From NCBI GenBank assembly GCA_040285855.1, contig JAUFOQ010000003.1:682001-746000 (forward strand): a stretch of DNA of 64,000 bases. Reading direction: 5' to 3'. Shown here piece after piece: positions 35,426 through 47,800 of this stretch (its first letter is position 1; every line of letters begins with the position of its first letter). The notes under the pieces are model-generated. The model made no database searches and was not told where the DNA came from. It worked only from the letters and a program-made list of their open reading frames with translations. Made by a program: the position numbers and the translations under genes. The DNA is from Eukaryota sp. GEM-RC1 (taxonomy: Eukaryota).

Positions 35426-35497
35426 TCATATCGATAGTTATAGTCTTAATTTACTACGTGAATCCGTAGTTATCTGAGCTTTAAGTTCACGGATTCA
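35385..35497 (+). ncRNA. Putative Fanzor omegaRNA scaffold/guide region
   Basis: Hairpins GGGTCTA/TAGACCC (35392-35410), CTACG/CGTAG (35454-35469) and TGAATCCGT/ACGGATTCA (35459-35497); non-coding conservation with copy 2 for about 45 nt past the stop. Confidence 0.5.
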
Positions 35498-35675
35498 GAA
35501 CAATTGGTAAACATACTACTGTAGTAGTATTTGTTCATGTTCTATTCTCCTTCAGAGCTCCTCTTAACAGAAATTGTTCGGTTTTTGCCTGTATAGCCGT
35601 TGACAGCATTTTTGTTTGGAGTATCTGTTGGAAACTTAATGACGCCGGCTTATGGTATTATAGTTGTGGCTCAGA

Positions 35676-35820
35676 TACACTTCAGGAAACATTTAGTCTC
35701 ACTGAGACTAATTCTTTACTCAAGATTTTATTTAGTCATCCCAAAATTAGTCTCACCAAATCTCAGTGAGACCAATTTTGTACTGAGACTAATGTGAGAC
35801 TAAATATTTCATGAACTGTA
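35676..35820. mobile_element. 145-bp TA-terminated MITE (Tc1/mariner-like)
   Basis: TIR TACACTTCAGGAAACATTTAGTCTCAC / GTGAGACTAAATATTTCATGAACTGTA; internal TAGTCTCA/TGAGACTA repeats; similar end near 57778-57811. Confidence 0.75.
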
Positions 35821-36150
35821 GCTTTATTCAAAGCCGGATAAACCATCTTCAGCATTTCGGGAGTTACTTTGGAGAGTCGCCTTATTCAGAACAAATTTAA
35901 TGAATATAATTGATTTAGCGATTACATTTTGAGTGCCCCAGTATTTTGTCGCACGAATATGCATCAAACAAAATACAAAAGCAAAATTAAGAAGTGATTA
36001 AACTTCAAGTTCAGTCATCACTCTAGCTGAACTGATCAATAAGACTACTACAATGGTAACAAAATCCAGGGTGGACAAAAGCTGCAGAACAAAGAAATAC
36101 GCAAACAAGAAAACTTCTTCAATAAAATATTTATACAATATTCCAGAAAA

Positions 36151-37627
36151 TTAAGGTCTGTAATCAATATCAGTGGTGATAGCCATGAATCCCTTTGATA
36201 CTGAATTTGAGGAGCAAGCATGACAACACCCTGAGAAGTAGGGATTTCAACACCCTTTTCCAGAGCAACGTTCAAGAAGGGAACAACTCCATACTTACAC
36301 ATATCATTAATAATTTTGGTCAAATCCTTAGTATCAAAGGTTCCAATTTCTGAAGAAATGATACCAAACTTAAAACCCAACATGTTCATTTGTCCTTTCA
36401 AAAGAACACCTTGATCTACCCAAGCTTTCACAGAGGTTTCAACATCGATTCCCAAACTAAATACGGCATGACGAGTTTGATCAGGGAGAACAACAGAGAC
36501 ATTAGCAACAACGGGGACTTTAACAGTAATTCCAGTGGAATTGATGATCGCTGAAGGAGGTGCACGTGAACTAACAACAGCTTCCATAGCCATATCTGGA
36601 TACTTCGCGTATAAGGATGGAATGATGTATCTGAATGATTGGGTATTGAGATGAATCCAAGAAGACTCTGGGATATCAGCGTCAGTGACTGTTTCTTTAA
36701 GAGCGCCAGTAACGTGATACACATAACCAGCACTGTTTAAAATGTATTCACCAAGGAATAGTTGAAGGTGCTGGTCATTGATTTGGTCGGGCATGACATA
36801 ACTGGGAAATTCTGGACGGACTAAAGAGCCCTTTTGAAGAAGATTACCGTTGAAATGACTTGCAATGAAACCACTTGGGGAGAAAACAGTTTTCTTGAGA
36901 CGGAAATCAAGATCAGCAAACTCATCAATTGGGACAATTGGGTCTACACCTGAAAGGGATTCCTTGATAAGAGCTTGAAGCGCGGACATCATGGCATTGA
37001 GTATAGCGGATTCAGCACTCTTCTTGATGTCATGGGAAAAGATATCAACAAAGACATTGTATAGCCAGGAAGCTCCTCCATGCAATTTGATGTTTAAACC
37101 TGCAATTCCAACAACGGGATTACGAAGAGTGGCTGTGACTCCACCTGTGGGACTTGGAACAATATCGGCAGAGATGCCTAAGTTGGCAACAACATCAATA
37201 TCCGCTGAAATCAATCTCTAAAGGTGACATACCAGATCCAGAATCCCTGATGAAATTATACCTGAGATTAGTTGATTTTTGTACCATACTTATAGTGCCA
37301 ACCCAAGTGAATGTGACAGCTGACACTTGATATATCCAGACGGATACCTCCTGCATCATTTCTAATGGAAATTCCACCGAAATTGGGATTGGTAAGGAAG
37401 ATCGCAGTCAAATCATAGTTAATATTGCCAATGGGGGTAGGGGCTTTACCGCTTTGATCTGGAAGTTGAACGTTGTTTAATTGCTTGCGCAACTCAGTTA
37501 CCACCACATCAGTGATATGTTGAACACCACGATTGGAAATAGTAGATTGTACACCAGCATATGGTTCAGCTGAGCATCCAATGAAGACAAGAGCAAGAGA
37601 GACAAAGATGAAAACAAGGGAAGCCAT
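36151..37627 (-). CDS. LBP/BPI lipid-binding protein, paralog 3
   Basis: Signal peptide; 28-nt introns 37262-37289 and 37205-37232; highly similar to paralog 1; homopolymer frameshift near 36195. Confidence 0.88.
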
Positions 37628-38343
37628 CAGATCAAAAAGGAATGTGAAAACACAATCATGTTGGTTAAATTTTAGAAGTGACCGGACCAACTTTTAGGCA
37701 AGTCTACATACGTGTATGATGCGGTAACGTGTTCTAACAATCCCCTTAATTTACTTGTACAAAAAAGAGTGCCATCAATATTAACAAGGGAGACACCAAC
37801 AAAAATGATAGCCCTCCTGTTCATAAACTTTCTTTATACTATGAAGATACACACGGAGTTATCTGTCCTGTAACATGAAAAAGTGAATTATGATTTATTT
37901 CATCCATACTAAATTTGAATATTCAAAAATAGTATGATTCAGACTAATTCTTGTAAGGGCTGTTGTATTCACAACTTGTGTTCCTGAAGACTCCTTATTG
38001 CCAACAATTTGTGACGTTATCTAAAATCAGAAACCTAATTTACGATGGTAATCTGATAGTACTAATGCTCCTAACTCTATTAAACTGCCTCATCACAATT
38101 TTCAATAATTTTCGATTATTATTTTAAAAAAGAAACAATACACGTAAAATCAATGTAAAATCTTACCAATAATCACACCAGTGTAAGAGTGTTTAAATTG
38201 AGATAGTGACTGTGGATCAAAGAAAAACCTCAAAAAATTTCCAAACTCACAAATGATTCTGTCAAATCCAAATTTAAGAGATTTAAATCATCTTACTGTT
38301 AAATAATTGAATTTAAAATGGTGTTACGAAATTCAAAAAAAAC

Positions 38344-39691
38344 TCAATCAACCAATTCAATTACATGATCATTGCGATATAAAACAAAAAAAGGATAATA
38401 ATATCCCTGAGACAACATTGGAAGAACACCAGTTAAACTAATACCATCATTACCAACTGACCTAATTGTCATGACATTCTTAGTCATATCAACAGATATC
38501 TCCAAAATCTCATGCTCATCCCACTGAGAACTTTTCCCTGAAAGACATCCCGAAGGGTCGCCAAAACCATTGAAACAACCATGTGCTAGATCTTCACACC
38601 ACTCGTCTGACTTGAAATTAGACTCGTTAATTACTCCGACGAATATATTTAAGGGATAACCTGAATAAAGAATTCTCCAACTATAAACATTTCCTGGTAA
38701 AAGAGGGTCTTGTCCTAGAATATTGCAACAGCAGCGCATACCATTGGAATACGTTTTCCTGACACTTTTTTATCAGCAGATAACGATAGATTTGACGACT
38801 TTTTAATTACTGAGAATAATACAGGAACTTGTCTCAACACGGCCAAGGAATCAAATGATTTTAGAGATAACGTTTCAATTTGAGCGGAAAATTCATGAAG
38901 TGAATGTTCTAATTGATCTTGAAGACTAACAGTGAATTTTTCAGATTTGTCCCCAAATTCTTCAATCAATGGAGTTAAATAATATTCTTTTAGTTTGCCA
39001 AACAACAGGTACTTAAGTGTATGATCAAGCTCTTCAACATCAATCAAAGGGATAAAAGAAGTTCTTTCCAATCATTGAAGGAAAAAACTTCAAAATTGAA
39101 AAGATCAATAATGTTTAAAAATTGAGATAATTCAATAATTAAATGTTTGATTGAAACCACAAGTGACTTTACCAACCAAGTTTGAGACAGCTTCTTTAAG
39201 CAAGATTCAGTTAGAGTCTTAATCGAATCAGATCTTAAAGCAAGTCCAATTTCCAAGTGAATATCATTGACCATGTCAAAGTAAGGACCAACGAACTTAA
39301 TAGCATTCAAATCTTGATTCTCATCTGCTCTTAACAAAAACTTTTGAATCCAAGTCCAATTAGGGAAGTGTTGGATCAAGAGCTCTTCTACTAGAGTAAT
39401 CAGACACGTTATCTGAAAGTAATGTGCTAGGTAGAAGAGATCATAAGCGTTGATTTCAGTGACATCAACTTGAGAGCCATACATGGCTTGAATGGAGGAA
39501 ATGAAAGAGGCTTCACTGACGTTGAGAAAGGTAAAGTCAAGGGAACTGTCAGATTCTACAGACCAAAGAGACTGAAAGTGTTGTGAGTGGGCAGAAAGAA
39601 TATGTCTGTGTACGTGAACAACTTGTTCCCGGAATATGAGAACTTGGTCCGAAAGAGCTGAATCATTGAACAAGCAAGAATGAGATGACAT
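38344..39691 (-). CDS. BTB/POZ-domain protein with C-terminal SPRY-like domain (frameshifted)
   Basis: LFNDSALSDQVL...VHVHRHILSAHSQHF...YLAHYFQI BTB motifs; C-terminal YSWRI...IFVGVI...LEISVDM...YYPFFVL. Confidence 0.75.
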
Positions 39692-40349
39692 TTGGGCCTA
39701 CAACAGATTTCCTTTGACTTTAAAACGCTTCCCATTATCTTCTCCAAAACTTTACTCAAAGTGAGGTCCTTGACGAGGAAGAAATTGTGGTAAGATTTGC
39801 CAGTGATGTGTCTTGTTAGTGATTTGGTATTAAACTCGTCAATTAATTAAAGTTATAAAATCAATATAAATCTGTTGGTTTCTTAAACAAAACATTGGCC
39901 CCAAAAATGTGTCGTTGTTTAAATTTGCTAACAGACAGTATTGGCGACATTCTTCAGCAAAGTGCCCAAGATCCGTCAATAATTTGAGTTGTTCACTGGA
40001 AAAGATCAATTTTTAATTGGGATTACAGTGTAAACATTTGAGTAAAACCACCACCTTTTCTGAGCTAATCATTGGCAGAAGAGGACAGTCAACAACAACA
40101 GTCAAATTCAAATTAGATTTTGGAAGAGTACTAACGAAAGTAGAATTTGTCATCCACATTTACTACATGAAGTGGAGGTGCGGTCGCTCGATATCATTAT
40201 ATTAATTGTTATATTTCTTATCTACACACAGGTCTTGCACATTAACAATGTGATACACTGACATCGTATTTAAGCCACATATGAAAACATAACTATATTA
40301 GGAAGAAGAACTAGAGAAAATTTCTCGCATCTCGACTTCACTCACTACC

Positions 40350-41569
40350 ATGGATCTTCGCAAACATCTTCTACAACACAAAATCAACAACCTCCACATT
40401 ACTGAACCACTTAATGAGAGAGTTACAAGTGAAAGTGCTTACAAAGACCTTGAGGACAGACGAAAAGCTATTCGTACGAGATTGACCAACCTAATGACTA
40501 GGAGTGAAGCTGGTGAAAGGATACGGAAAAGGACGAGCAGCTAAAGTTACCCGCTGTGAATAGGACTTACGTCACCGCAAAACAAGAACAAGCTCCTCCT
40601 AGAATAGAAGTTCCCAAGTTACACATTCCTGTGACCAATGTTACTTTAGACCGACCAAAAGTGAGCAGACGTATCACGTCAGCTCCTTCAAGACCAAATG
40701 AAACCACCTACAATGCTAGAGAAGCACCTAAACGACCAACAAAGAGTGCCCATGAGTATCGAAGAAGTGAAAATGTGAAGAACGTTGGTGAAGACAATGC
40801 ACAACAGAATCCACAAAGGCAGGTTTCCAGACCAGAACACGAGGACAACATACCAAAACCAGCAAGAAGACCTTCCCCTCCTAAAGACGGAAAACCCACA
40901 CGACAAAATAGTCGAGCTCGTCACAATGATCAAACCATTGAGTCCGTTTCCGGGGTGTTGCATCAAGTCATTCAAGAAAACAACAAACATTTGAAAGCCA
41001 GAAGAAGACCACCCCCATTGAAGATTCCAGACCTTGATATAGTTCCATTCAACGAAGTGGAAACACCAAGAACTCCGGGTGCCAAAGATCTATATCGGTT
41101 CTTGTACAGTTTCGCGTATAGAACTAGAATGACTCATGAACCAGCTGTGGCGATGTTGGCATACATCGATCGGTTGATCGAAAGAACAGGTTTGGTTTTG
41201 AGCAGTAAGAATTGGAAGAAAATCCTTTTCACGGCCGTTCTCTGTAGTCAAAAATGCTGGGAAGACGAATCATTCTACAACTCTGACTACAACAAGTTAT
41301 ATCCTGAACTGACAATTGCTGAAGTCAATGATCTTGAACGATCCTTCTTGGCCCTAATCGATTTTGATCTCTCTATTAGTCCCGAGTTGTACTCTAAATA
41401 TCAGAAACATTTACAATTGTTGTATAACAATGAGCTAGACCTCATGGATGCTTCCCCTTATTCACCAATGAGTCCTTCAGTTATGCCAATCTTTTCCAGT
41501 CCAGTTTCTCATCCTTCTAGACTTGTTTACAGTGAACGAGCTTCCAGTCCACGAAGATCTGATTTTTGA
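40350..41569 (+). CDS. Cyclin (PHO80/cyclin Y-like) with long low-complexity N-terminus
   Basis: AVAMLAYIDRL...NWKKILFTAVLCSQKCWEDESFYNSD...VNDLERSFLALIDFDL; ATG 40350 joined by a frameshift or intron near 40545. Confidence 0.85.
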
Positions 41570-42447
41570 TCATTCATTGTTTATATATTCTTTCTTTGTT
41601 CTATTTTTGTACTTTAATCATGTAAATACAGTTTATTTAAACCAACTCTGACAGACTTGAGAAACAACATTTCATGTTTAATACTGGATTTGATAGATGT
41701 TATTGTGAATCATGTTGCAATTCCCGAATTCCAAGAATGGTTTAAGTGAGACAGAATTTGAATTTAACAACTAGAACCAATCTGTAATTGAATATTTCTC
41801 ATACTTCAAATTCCCTGGAAGCCATGGCTTTGACTTTTTAGTAAAGAATGTAGTTCTACAAATGTAGCATCGTGAATTTAGACGTTCTGAACATACATGA
41901 AAAATACTACTGAATTGATCTGATACAATACAAAAAATACAGATACAATGACTTGTTAATCTCGTGTCAAACCAGTTAGGTTTGAGATACGAAATACGTG
42001 TATATCCATTAGGTTAATGTTTCTATCACTGTTATCGAATTATCAGAAAGACATACACATGTACATGTCAAACTGTGTATACTCACACAAATAGATGCAA
42101 CATCAGTGGAGAGATCAGACAGTATTTTTCAAAGGGAAAGACAAGTACTTCTAGTTGTGACATTCAAAGTCTGCCTATATCTGTCATAAGAGAACTGAAA
42201 GAAAAGCGGCCATAAGCGTAACGAATGTTCTGAACAAGAAGTAGTGAACGCAATAAAGATGTTCTAGATGTATATACCAGACACAAGAGAAGAAGTTTTA
42301 ATTCTCTTGAAAGAAGAGATTGGGTAAGAGACGAACGGAAAACTATGCTACGAGTATGTTTGATAACAACTGATGTACTACAGTTGTACAGTCTGGTAGT
42401 ATGTACATGAGGTTCCTGAAATCGATTTCTTCAGTTCTTTATCATCA

Positions 42448-42657
42448 ATGATCATTCCTGTTCGTTGCTTCACATGCGGAAAAGTAGTGGGTAATAAGTA
42501 CGAAGCTTTTCTGGAACAAGTATCTGGTGGAACAGAAGAGGGTGTCGCTCTCGACAACTTAGGTCTCAAACGTTACTGCTGCCGTCGAATGGTCCTTACT
42601 CATGTCGAACTTATTGACAAACTCCTTCTCTACAACCCCTATGAAAGTTCTCGTTAA
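42448..42657 (+). CDS. RPB10: RNA polymerase I/II/III subunit RPABC5
   Basis: [15 protein letters not shown]...[19 protein letters not shown]. Confidence 0.98.
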   Translation: MIIPVRCFTCGKVVGNKYEAFLEQVSGGTEEGVALDNLGLKRYCCRRMVLTHVELIDKLLLYNPYESSR

Positions 42658-42722
42658 TCTAGTCCTAATGTTCTTACATTCTTTTCTTTTTGCACATATA
42701 GTTCCTTCTCACCATAAATTCT

Positions 42723-43370
42723 TTATTTTTTCAGATTGATTATCCAACAGTCATTTTCCTTGGCAATCATGTTGTACCTCAACCCACAATCATCAAGTGC
42801 TTCTAGTAGTAGTCTATGTCCAACTTCACTTCGTTTCTTATACGCAATAATTGCAGTAGATGAAGAATCCTTCAGAAGAACTGATATGGTGGTGAGCAAG
42901 GGATTGTAACAGCAAGGGTCATACAGAATCTCAGCCCCAATAACAACATCAAAATATCCATGCTCCTTCACAAATTCCTTTGCTTTACACTCATCCCACT
43001 CTAAGGAAGCTGCATTTAAAGAAAGATTGTTTGTATCAGCATTTCTAAGTATCAGATCAACTATCTCATCTTCACCATCAGTAGCCAAACATTTGCAAGA
43101 GAAATACTTTGCTACAAAAAGAGATGGTAGAGCAATGCCTGCACCAAGTTCGACGACTGTCTTGCCAGTTTCAAAAACATCATGACAATCGGAAAAGATG
43201 TAAGATATTAGAGGATAAGTTCCAGTCCAAAGTACGGTTCCGGTTCTGTCCATGTCGGTACAGCAAGCGATAGATTCCCATGCTTGAACTGATAAATCAC
43301 CATTTGTATATGTGTTCAGTGTGTATTCAGTTGTTTCAAAAAGGTTGGAAAGGCAATCATCGGGAAACAT
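42723..43370 (-). CDS. Family-16 SAM-dependent protein methyltransferase (METTL21/23-like)
   Basis: TGTVLW, VVELGAGIALPS, ATD, LEW, FDVVIGAEILYD motifs. Confidence 0.88.
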   Translation of the reverse strand: MFPDDCLSNLFETTEYTLNTYTNGDLSVQAWESIACCTDMDRTGTVLWTGTYPLISYIFSDCHDVFETGKTVVELGAGIALPSLFVAKYFSCKCLATDGEDEIVDLILRNADTNNLSLNAASLEWDECKAKEFVKEHGYFDVVIGAEILYDPCCYNPLLTTISVLLKDSSSTAIIAYKKRSEVGHRLLLEALDDCGLRYNMIAKENDCWIINLKK

Positions 43371-43400
43371 CAACCAGTTTTGGTTCCAATTGGGAAAATA

Positions 43401-44042
43401 ATGGACCCACCTCTCAAAACTTCCAGATCAAGCTCCCCTCCCATTGATTCTGTTTGTCAAACCCTGCTTACTTGTACCATTTGCTGGAGATTGTACAAAG
43501 ATCCTGTTACTCTTAAGTGTGGAGATTCCTTTTGTTTCCAGTGTCTGAGGAACCCGTATCGTCAGGCATGTCCCCAGTGTAACACTGGGACAACACCTAA
43601 ATACATCCGATCCCTCTCGATCAACAAAAATCTTAAAGCTCTTGCTGAACACCTCTTCATTGACAACACTGCCGACTCTTCTCCTTCTCCTGAAGATGAT
43701 ACCTTATCTGATCCTCACTCAGACACTCCTGACCGTGAAGAACCTCCTCAGGCATTTCAATCCACGCCAAAGTCTTTTAAAGCCAATGAGGCCCAAGTAA
43801 GGTTTAAGTATTATCCCTCCAAGAATCCAGCAGATATGGTTAAATTGATCTTTAAAATGAATACTACCGCAAAGTTCTCTAAACTAGCGGCTGTAGCCTT
43901 ATCAAAACTTGATGTTTTAGCTGATGATTGCCTTTTCTTTGTAGACAATCAGCCATTAGATTTGAATGGGACACCAAAATCCTTGAAGCTAGGATCCCGC
44001 TTTTTTGTTGAGTGTAGAAGGCAAGTAAGTGGTTTTATTTAG
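43401..44042 (+). CDS. RING-finger protein with C-terminal SUMO/ubiquitin-like domain
   Basis: CTIC..LYKDPVTLKCGDSFCFQC..CPQC; C-terminal LIFKMNTTAKFSKL...FFVDNQPL...TPKSLKL. Confidence 0.75.
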   Translation: MDPPLKTSRSSSPPIDSVCQTLLTCTICWRLYKDPVTLKCGDSFCFQCLRNPYRQACPQCNTGTTPKYIRSLSINKNLKALAEHLFIDNTADSSPSPEDDTLSDPHSDTPDREEPPQAFQSTPKSFKANEAQVRFKYYPSKNPADMVKLIFKMNTTAKFSKLAAVALSKLDVLADDCLFFVDNQPLDLNGTPKSLKLGSRFFVECRRQVSGFI

Positions 44043-44426
44043 GGGCTCTTTTGCTACTACTTGCTTAGTACTGATGACGTGATTGATGACGTGACTGAAG
44101 GAGTTGATTCATTAATATCAACAGTAGGTCGAGCGTCTATCGAAATTTTAAAAAATTAATATTTGAAGCTGTAATGCTTATTAATTGTTGTTTTTTGTCT
44201 TAATTTATATTGTGTGTTTATCTCAGCACATATAGTAACATAAAGCGCTCTTTTGTTGTTGATATCTTGATTGTACCATCATATGTAATTGTTCGTGTAT
44301 TGATAAATTATAAATATTTATTAGTTTCTGAAATAGATGGACAGCTCCATTTCAAAATTCAATTGTTTCCAAAAAAGAAATAATTATGTTACAAAATACA
44401 AAACAGAATAATAACTCCCTATAAAC

Positions 44427-45509
44427 TTACAACTGTATAGCACTTCTTAAATAATCACTATACATCAGCCTAAAATCATTAAGTGACACGTCACGACAAT
44501 CCTGTATCACGACATCAAACTCTTCTCTACTTTTTACCATCCCAACCTTAAACACAAGTTCATACAGTCGCTCTACAGGCAAAACAACATCAAAATCCTC
44601 TTCAGAAAGACCTAAAGGTCCCAGAATTCCAGATTGTAAGGTCTTTTGGCAGGATACGTTATACCCATCAAATCCTAGCGAAGACTGACTTATATGCTCA
44701 GTAGAAGCTCCAAAAGTTAGATCACAAACAGATTCAAGACCCTTGGTTGGCTTTCGAGTTCTCCCCAACTCTTCATCACTTGCTTCTCCTTCAAAGCGGA
44801 AGCAGTCCCCAGCCCGAGTAGAAGTACCGTTGGATACACCGAAACAACGAGAAGAAGCATCTAAAGGTGCAGAGTTTCTATTCCTTGGCTTCTCAATATG
44901 ATGCTCATTATCCTTGTTCTTGAGAACGGTAGACCTTACAACGGAAGTAGATGAGCAGTCGAAAGGTTGACACAAGGACTTGACTTGGGAACCAGTATTG
45001 GAAGTGCCTTGAGATTTATAACCAAAACGGAAAGAATCTGGATCCACTGGCCACTTGTAGTTTCGTTTAACTTGTTCTGCAGGAAGGTAGTCACGATGTG
45101 ATTTCTTGTACATTTCTTTGCATGTTTCGTCATCAGATTCTTCCTCATGTAGTAAGATGTCCTTAGCTTGACTGGAAGAGGCGTGGCGTTCGTTGCAAAT
45201 TCCAAAGCAATGAGAGGAGTCAACGGGAGGAGTGGCTACAACAGTTGGAACAGTGCCGAGAGGACATTTTGTAGCACATTTGTACCTACGTTCTTGCCAA
45301 GAATTATGATATTCTTGGATTTCAGACTCAGGTTGGGGAAATAAGGAAGTACTGTCTCGGTCAGTTTTGATACCAAAAGAAATGGAGGGTGGAGGAGGAT
45401 CTTTGGAAAACCCACGATGTTTCACGGATTTACCTAATTCACAGCAAGAAGAACGAAATGGCTTTAGATGAGGAGGAGTTTCAGGTCTTTGTTCTGAAAG
45501 ATAGTCCAT
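44427..45509 (-). CDS. EFHB/CFAP21-like ciliary protein
   Basis: Repeated FG motifs, MYKKSHRDYLPAEQVKRNYKW...FRFG, degenerate C-terminal EF-hand. Confidence 0.65.
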   Translation of the reverse strand: MDYLSEQRPETPPHLKPFRSSCCELGKSVKHRGFSKDPPPPSISFGIKTDRDSTSLFPQPESEIQEYHNSWQERRYKCATKCPLGTVPTVVATPPVDSSHCFGICNERHASSSQAKDILLHEEESDDETCKEMYKKSHRDYLPAEQVKRNYKWPVDPDSFRFGYKSQGTSNTGSQVKSLCQPFDCSSTSVVRSTVLKNKDNEHHIEKPRNRNSAPLDASSRCFGVSNGTSTRAGDCFRFEGEASDEELGRTRKPTKGLESVCDLTFGASTEHISQSSLGFDGYNVSCQKTLQSGILGPLGLSEEDFDVVLPVERLYELVFKVGMVKSREEFDVVIQDCRDVSLNDFRLMYSDYLRSAIQL

Positions 45510-45541
45510 TAGATTGGGATGAATGCGAAGATTCAATAATG

Positions 45542-46570
45542 CTACAGATTCGCTTCCGTAAATACTATAACTATGACAAATGACTATGACAAATAACTGG
45601 GTCTAACTCCTAGACCCCGCTCCAAATGACGCTCCACAATGGTCTTGATGTTGATACATGCTAACATGTTACGATTCCAAACCTTGGCGCTACCATGACA
45701 TTCTTCTCTACATTCTTGGGACTTGCATCCCAAAGCGTGACACTTTACCAGAGGTTTCTTCTCTCTTTCCATGGTTTTGGATTACTGATTTTTGAACACT
45801 TTAACTGGCCCCCAAATAGTAGGACACTTTGAAGACGTGTAACTCTCATCTACAAGAACAATGTTAAAACCATTTCTCCTAAAGAAGTTTTCTCCAACCA
45901 ACACCTCTACTTTATCGGAGGTGTTTTAGGTTCTGCCTCTTATTACCATTGTCACCAAACATCAATACACTGTCATTTTTATTCCATCCGTTTGCAGTCA
46001 TATTTTTCCACAACTTACTTTCTGTTTTTTGAATATGGACGTTTCTTTGCATTTGTTGAATGCGCCATATCATCAAACAGTAGTAATCAAATGTTGATTC
46101 AATAACTGTAAGTTTGGAACTCACATAGTTCTTCTAAATTTTTGATGAACCCTTGACCATCTGGACCATTCTGTATCTGTCAATCTTAGCCACTCGTATT
46201 CTTTGTTTCTTCTTTCTCGGACTTTTTCTTCATGAAATGGGCTATTTACTTTCTCTGAACAAAAATAGAGTAAGTCTGTTTTTCCAGGGTCAATAAACAT
46301 CTTTTGTTTCCAATGAAAACTCTTCAACGTCATGGACTTGAACATATTCTCCTCTACTGGAGAACTTTGCATTGGCTGGTTTAAAGAACATTCCCACACA
46401 GTCCTCTCTAGTCAGTTCAACACAAGCAGAGAAACCATCAGTTTTAATAGAATTGTTGAACTTATAACCTTTCTTTTTAATTGGACGATTAAAGTTGAAA
46501 AATATGACCAGAATTGACTTTGTTCTGGAGACATTCTCTTAATTTCAGTGCTTTTATTCCACTCAGTTTG
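45542..46570 (-). mobile_element. Fanzor1 copy 2, C-terminal half (pseudogenised) with conserved 3' end
   Basis: Collinear with 34335-35469: NSIKTDGFSAC, FIDPGKTDLL, LMFGDNGN, VDESYTSSKCP, WNRNMLACINI, RGLGVRPSYLS*. Confidence 0.88.
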
Positions 46571-46599
46571 TCTTTCAATGGACTCAAACAGTTCTTTGA

Positions 46600-47800
46600 G
46601 TGATCAATCTCTGCCCTGGTTGATACTGCCATAACTGAACGCTTGAGAACTTCTTACAATGCACTTTTATGATCCCGAAACCAACCACAAACTCCTTTAA
46701 TAACAGCAATGGCTTCCATTTCACTTAATACACTACCGCCAATTTTTCAGAATAGTCTAGAATTGATCCGCAAGTGTCTACAAAATGTCTTTTGGAACAA
46801 GTCAATTGATCAATACATGGTTCCACAGTGTCAATTTGATCACTGTAAAACATTGAATTGGAAAATCCCCACAATTCTGAGAATTGACGATATTGTGGAT
46901 TCAAAAGTGTGCAGCGTTCCATGTCAAAGTGATGAGTCAAATCTGATTGATCATTCAATCTTTCCATCAAAGACTTGGACAACCCTCAGTTTTGATTGAT
47001 TACTACCGGGGGCAATTGTTTATGATCTCCAACAATTACAATGGTTGTGAATTCATTACAAATTCGTAACGCAGCCACTAGTTCAGGCTCAGTTGACTGG
47101 CAAGCCTCATCAATAATTAAAAGTTGTGGTTTAACAATACCTTGATTCCTATAACTGCTCGCTCCTGCTAATGTCGTGAAGAGAACTTCAAACTTTCAAT
47201 CCAAGAACGGTCATCCTTTTCTTCTTCATCATCTTGAGGTGTAGTGGTATCTGGCTGACCATGTAAAATGTTTCTTCGTGGTTGTTTCAGTGGAGAAAGT
47301 CTAACAGCTTGTTGATCTAATAATTCTTGTTGGGCATCTTCTTTAGCTTGTTTTTCTTCTAACTTTGTGGTGCTTTATGTTAGGTACGGACATACAAGAA
47401 GTGAAGATTAAGTTGTTTTATAATCTATGATTCTCATACTATGATAATCTACATTTGTACTTAACAGAAATGGTTCGAATTCTGACAAATGATGTAATTC
47501 AGAACTTATTCGCATTAATTTTTCTTTGTCAACTGACTGTTCATCTACTACTTTGGCTAATATTACATCAACTGCATTGTTCGATGGACCAGCTACCCAA
47601 ACCTTACATTTGTTAGACATGAAAGACATAATCAATTTGACAATTGTCGTTGTTTTCACTGTACCAGGTGCTCCATGAATCACATGTAAACCAGGTGAAG
47701 TTACATGCAATTTACTAATTTCTTCAATTGCCTTTCTTTGAGATTGATTTTAATTTTGACTGAGTTCTGAATCATTCTTGAAACTTAAACAACTTAATTA
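46600..47800 (-). pseudogene. Decayed SF1 helicase (Upf1/DNA2/NAM7-like) directly upstream of Fanzor copy 2
   Basis: VIHGAPGTVKTTT (Walker A), AGPSNNAVD (Ia), LIIDEACQSTEPE (II), IVGDHKQLPPVV (III), SLMERL, QYR, NQGRD (V-like). Confidence 0.8.

Larger units (their letters stand above)
29816..35469 (+). mobile_element. Fanzor-carrying element, copy 1 (boundaries approximate)
   Basis: Intronless, A-rich coding strand, transposon-type cargo domains; 3' homology to copy 2 ends at GTAG 35469. Confidence 0.65.

Noticed and set aside
29400..35520. Assigning the Fanzor element to Helitron, Polinton, MULE or non-LTR classes
   Set aside because: No Rep/HUH, integrase, DDE transposase, polymerase palm or RT motifs, and no TIR/TSD pair found
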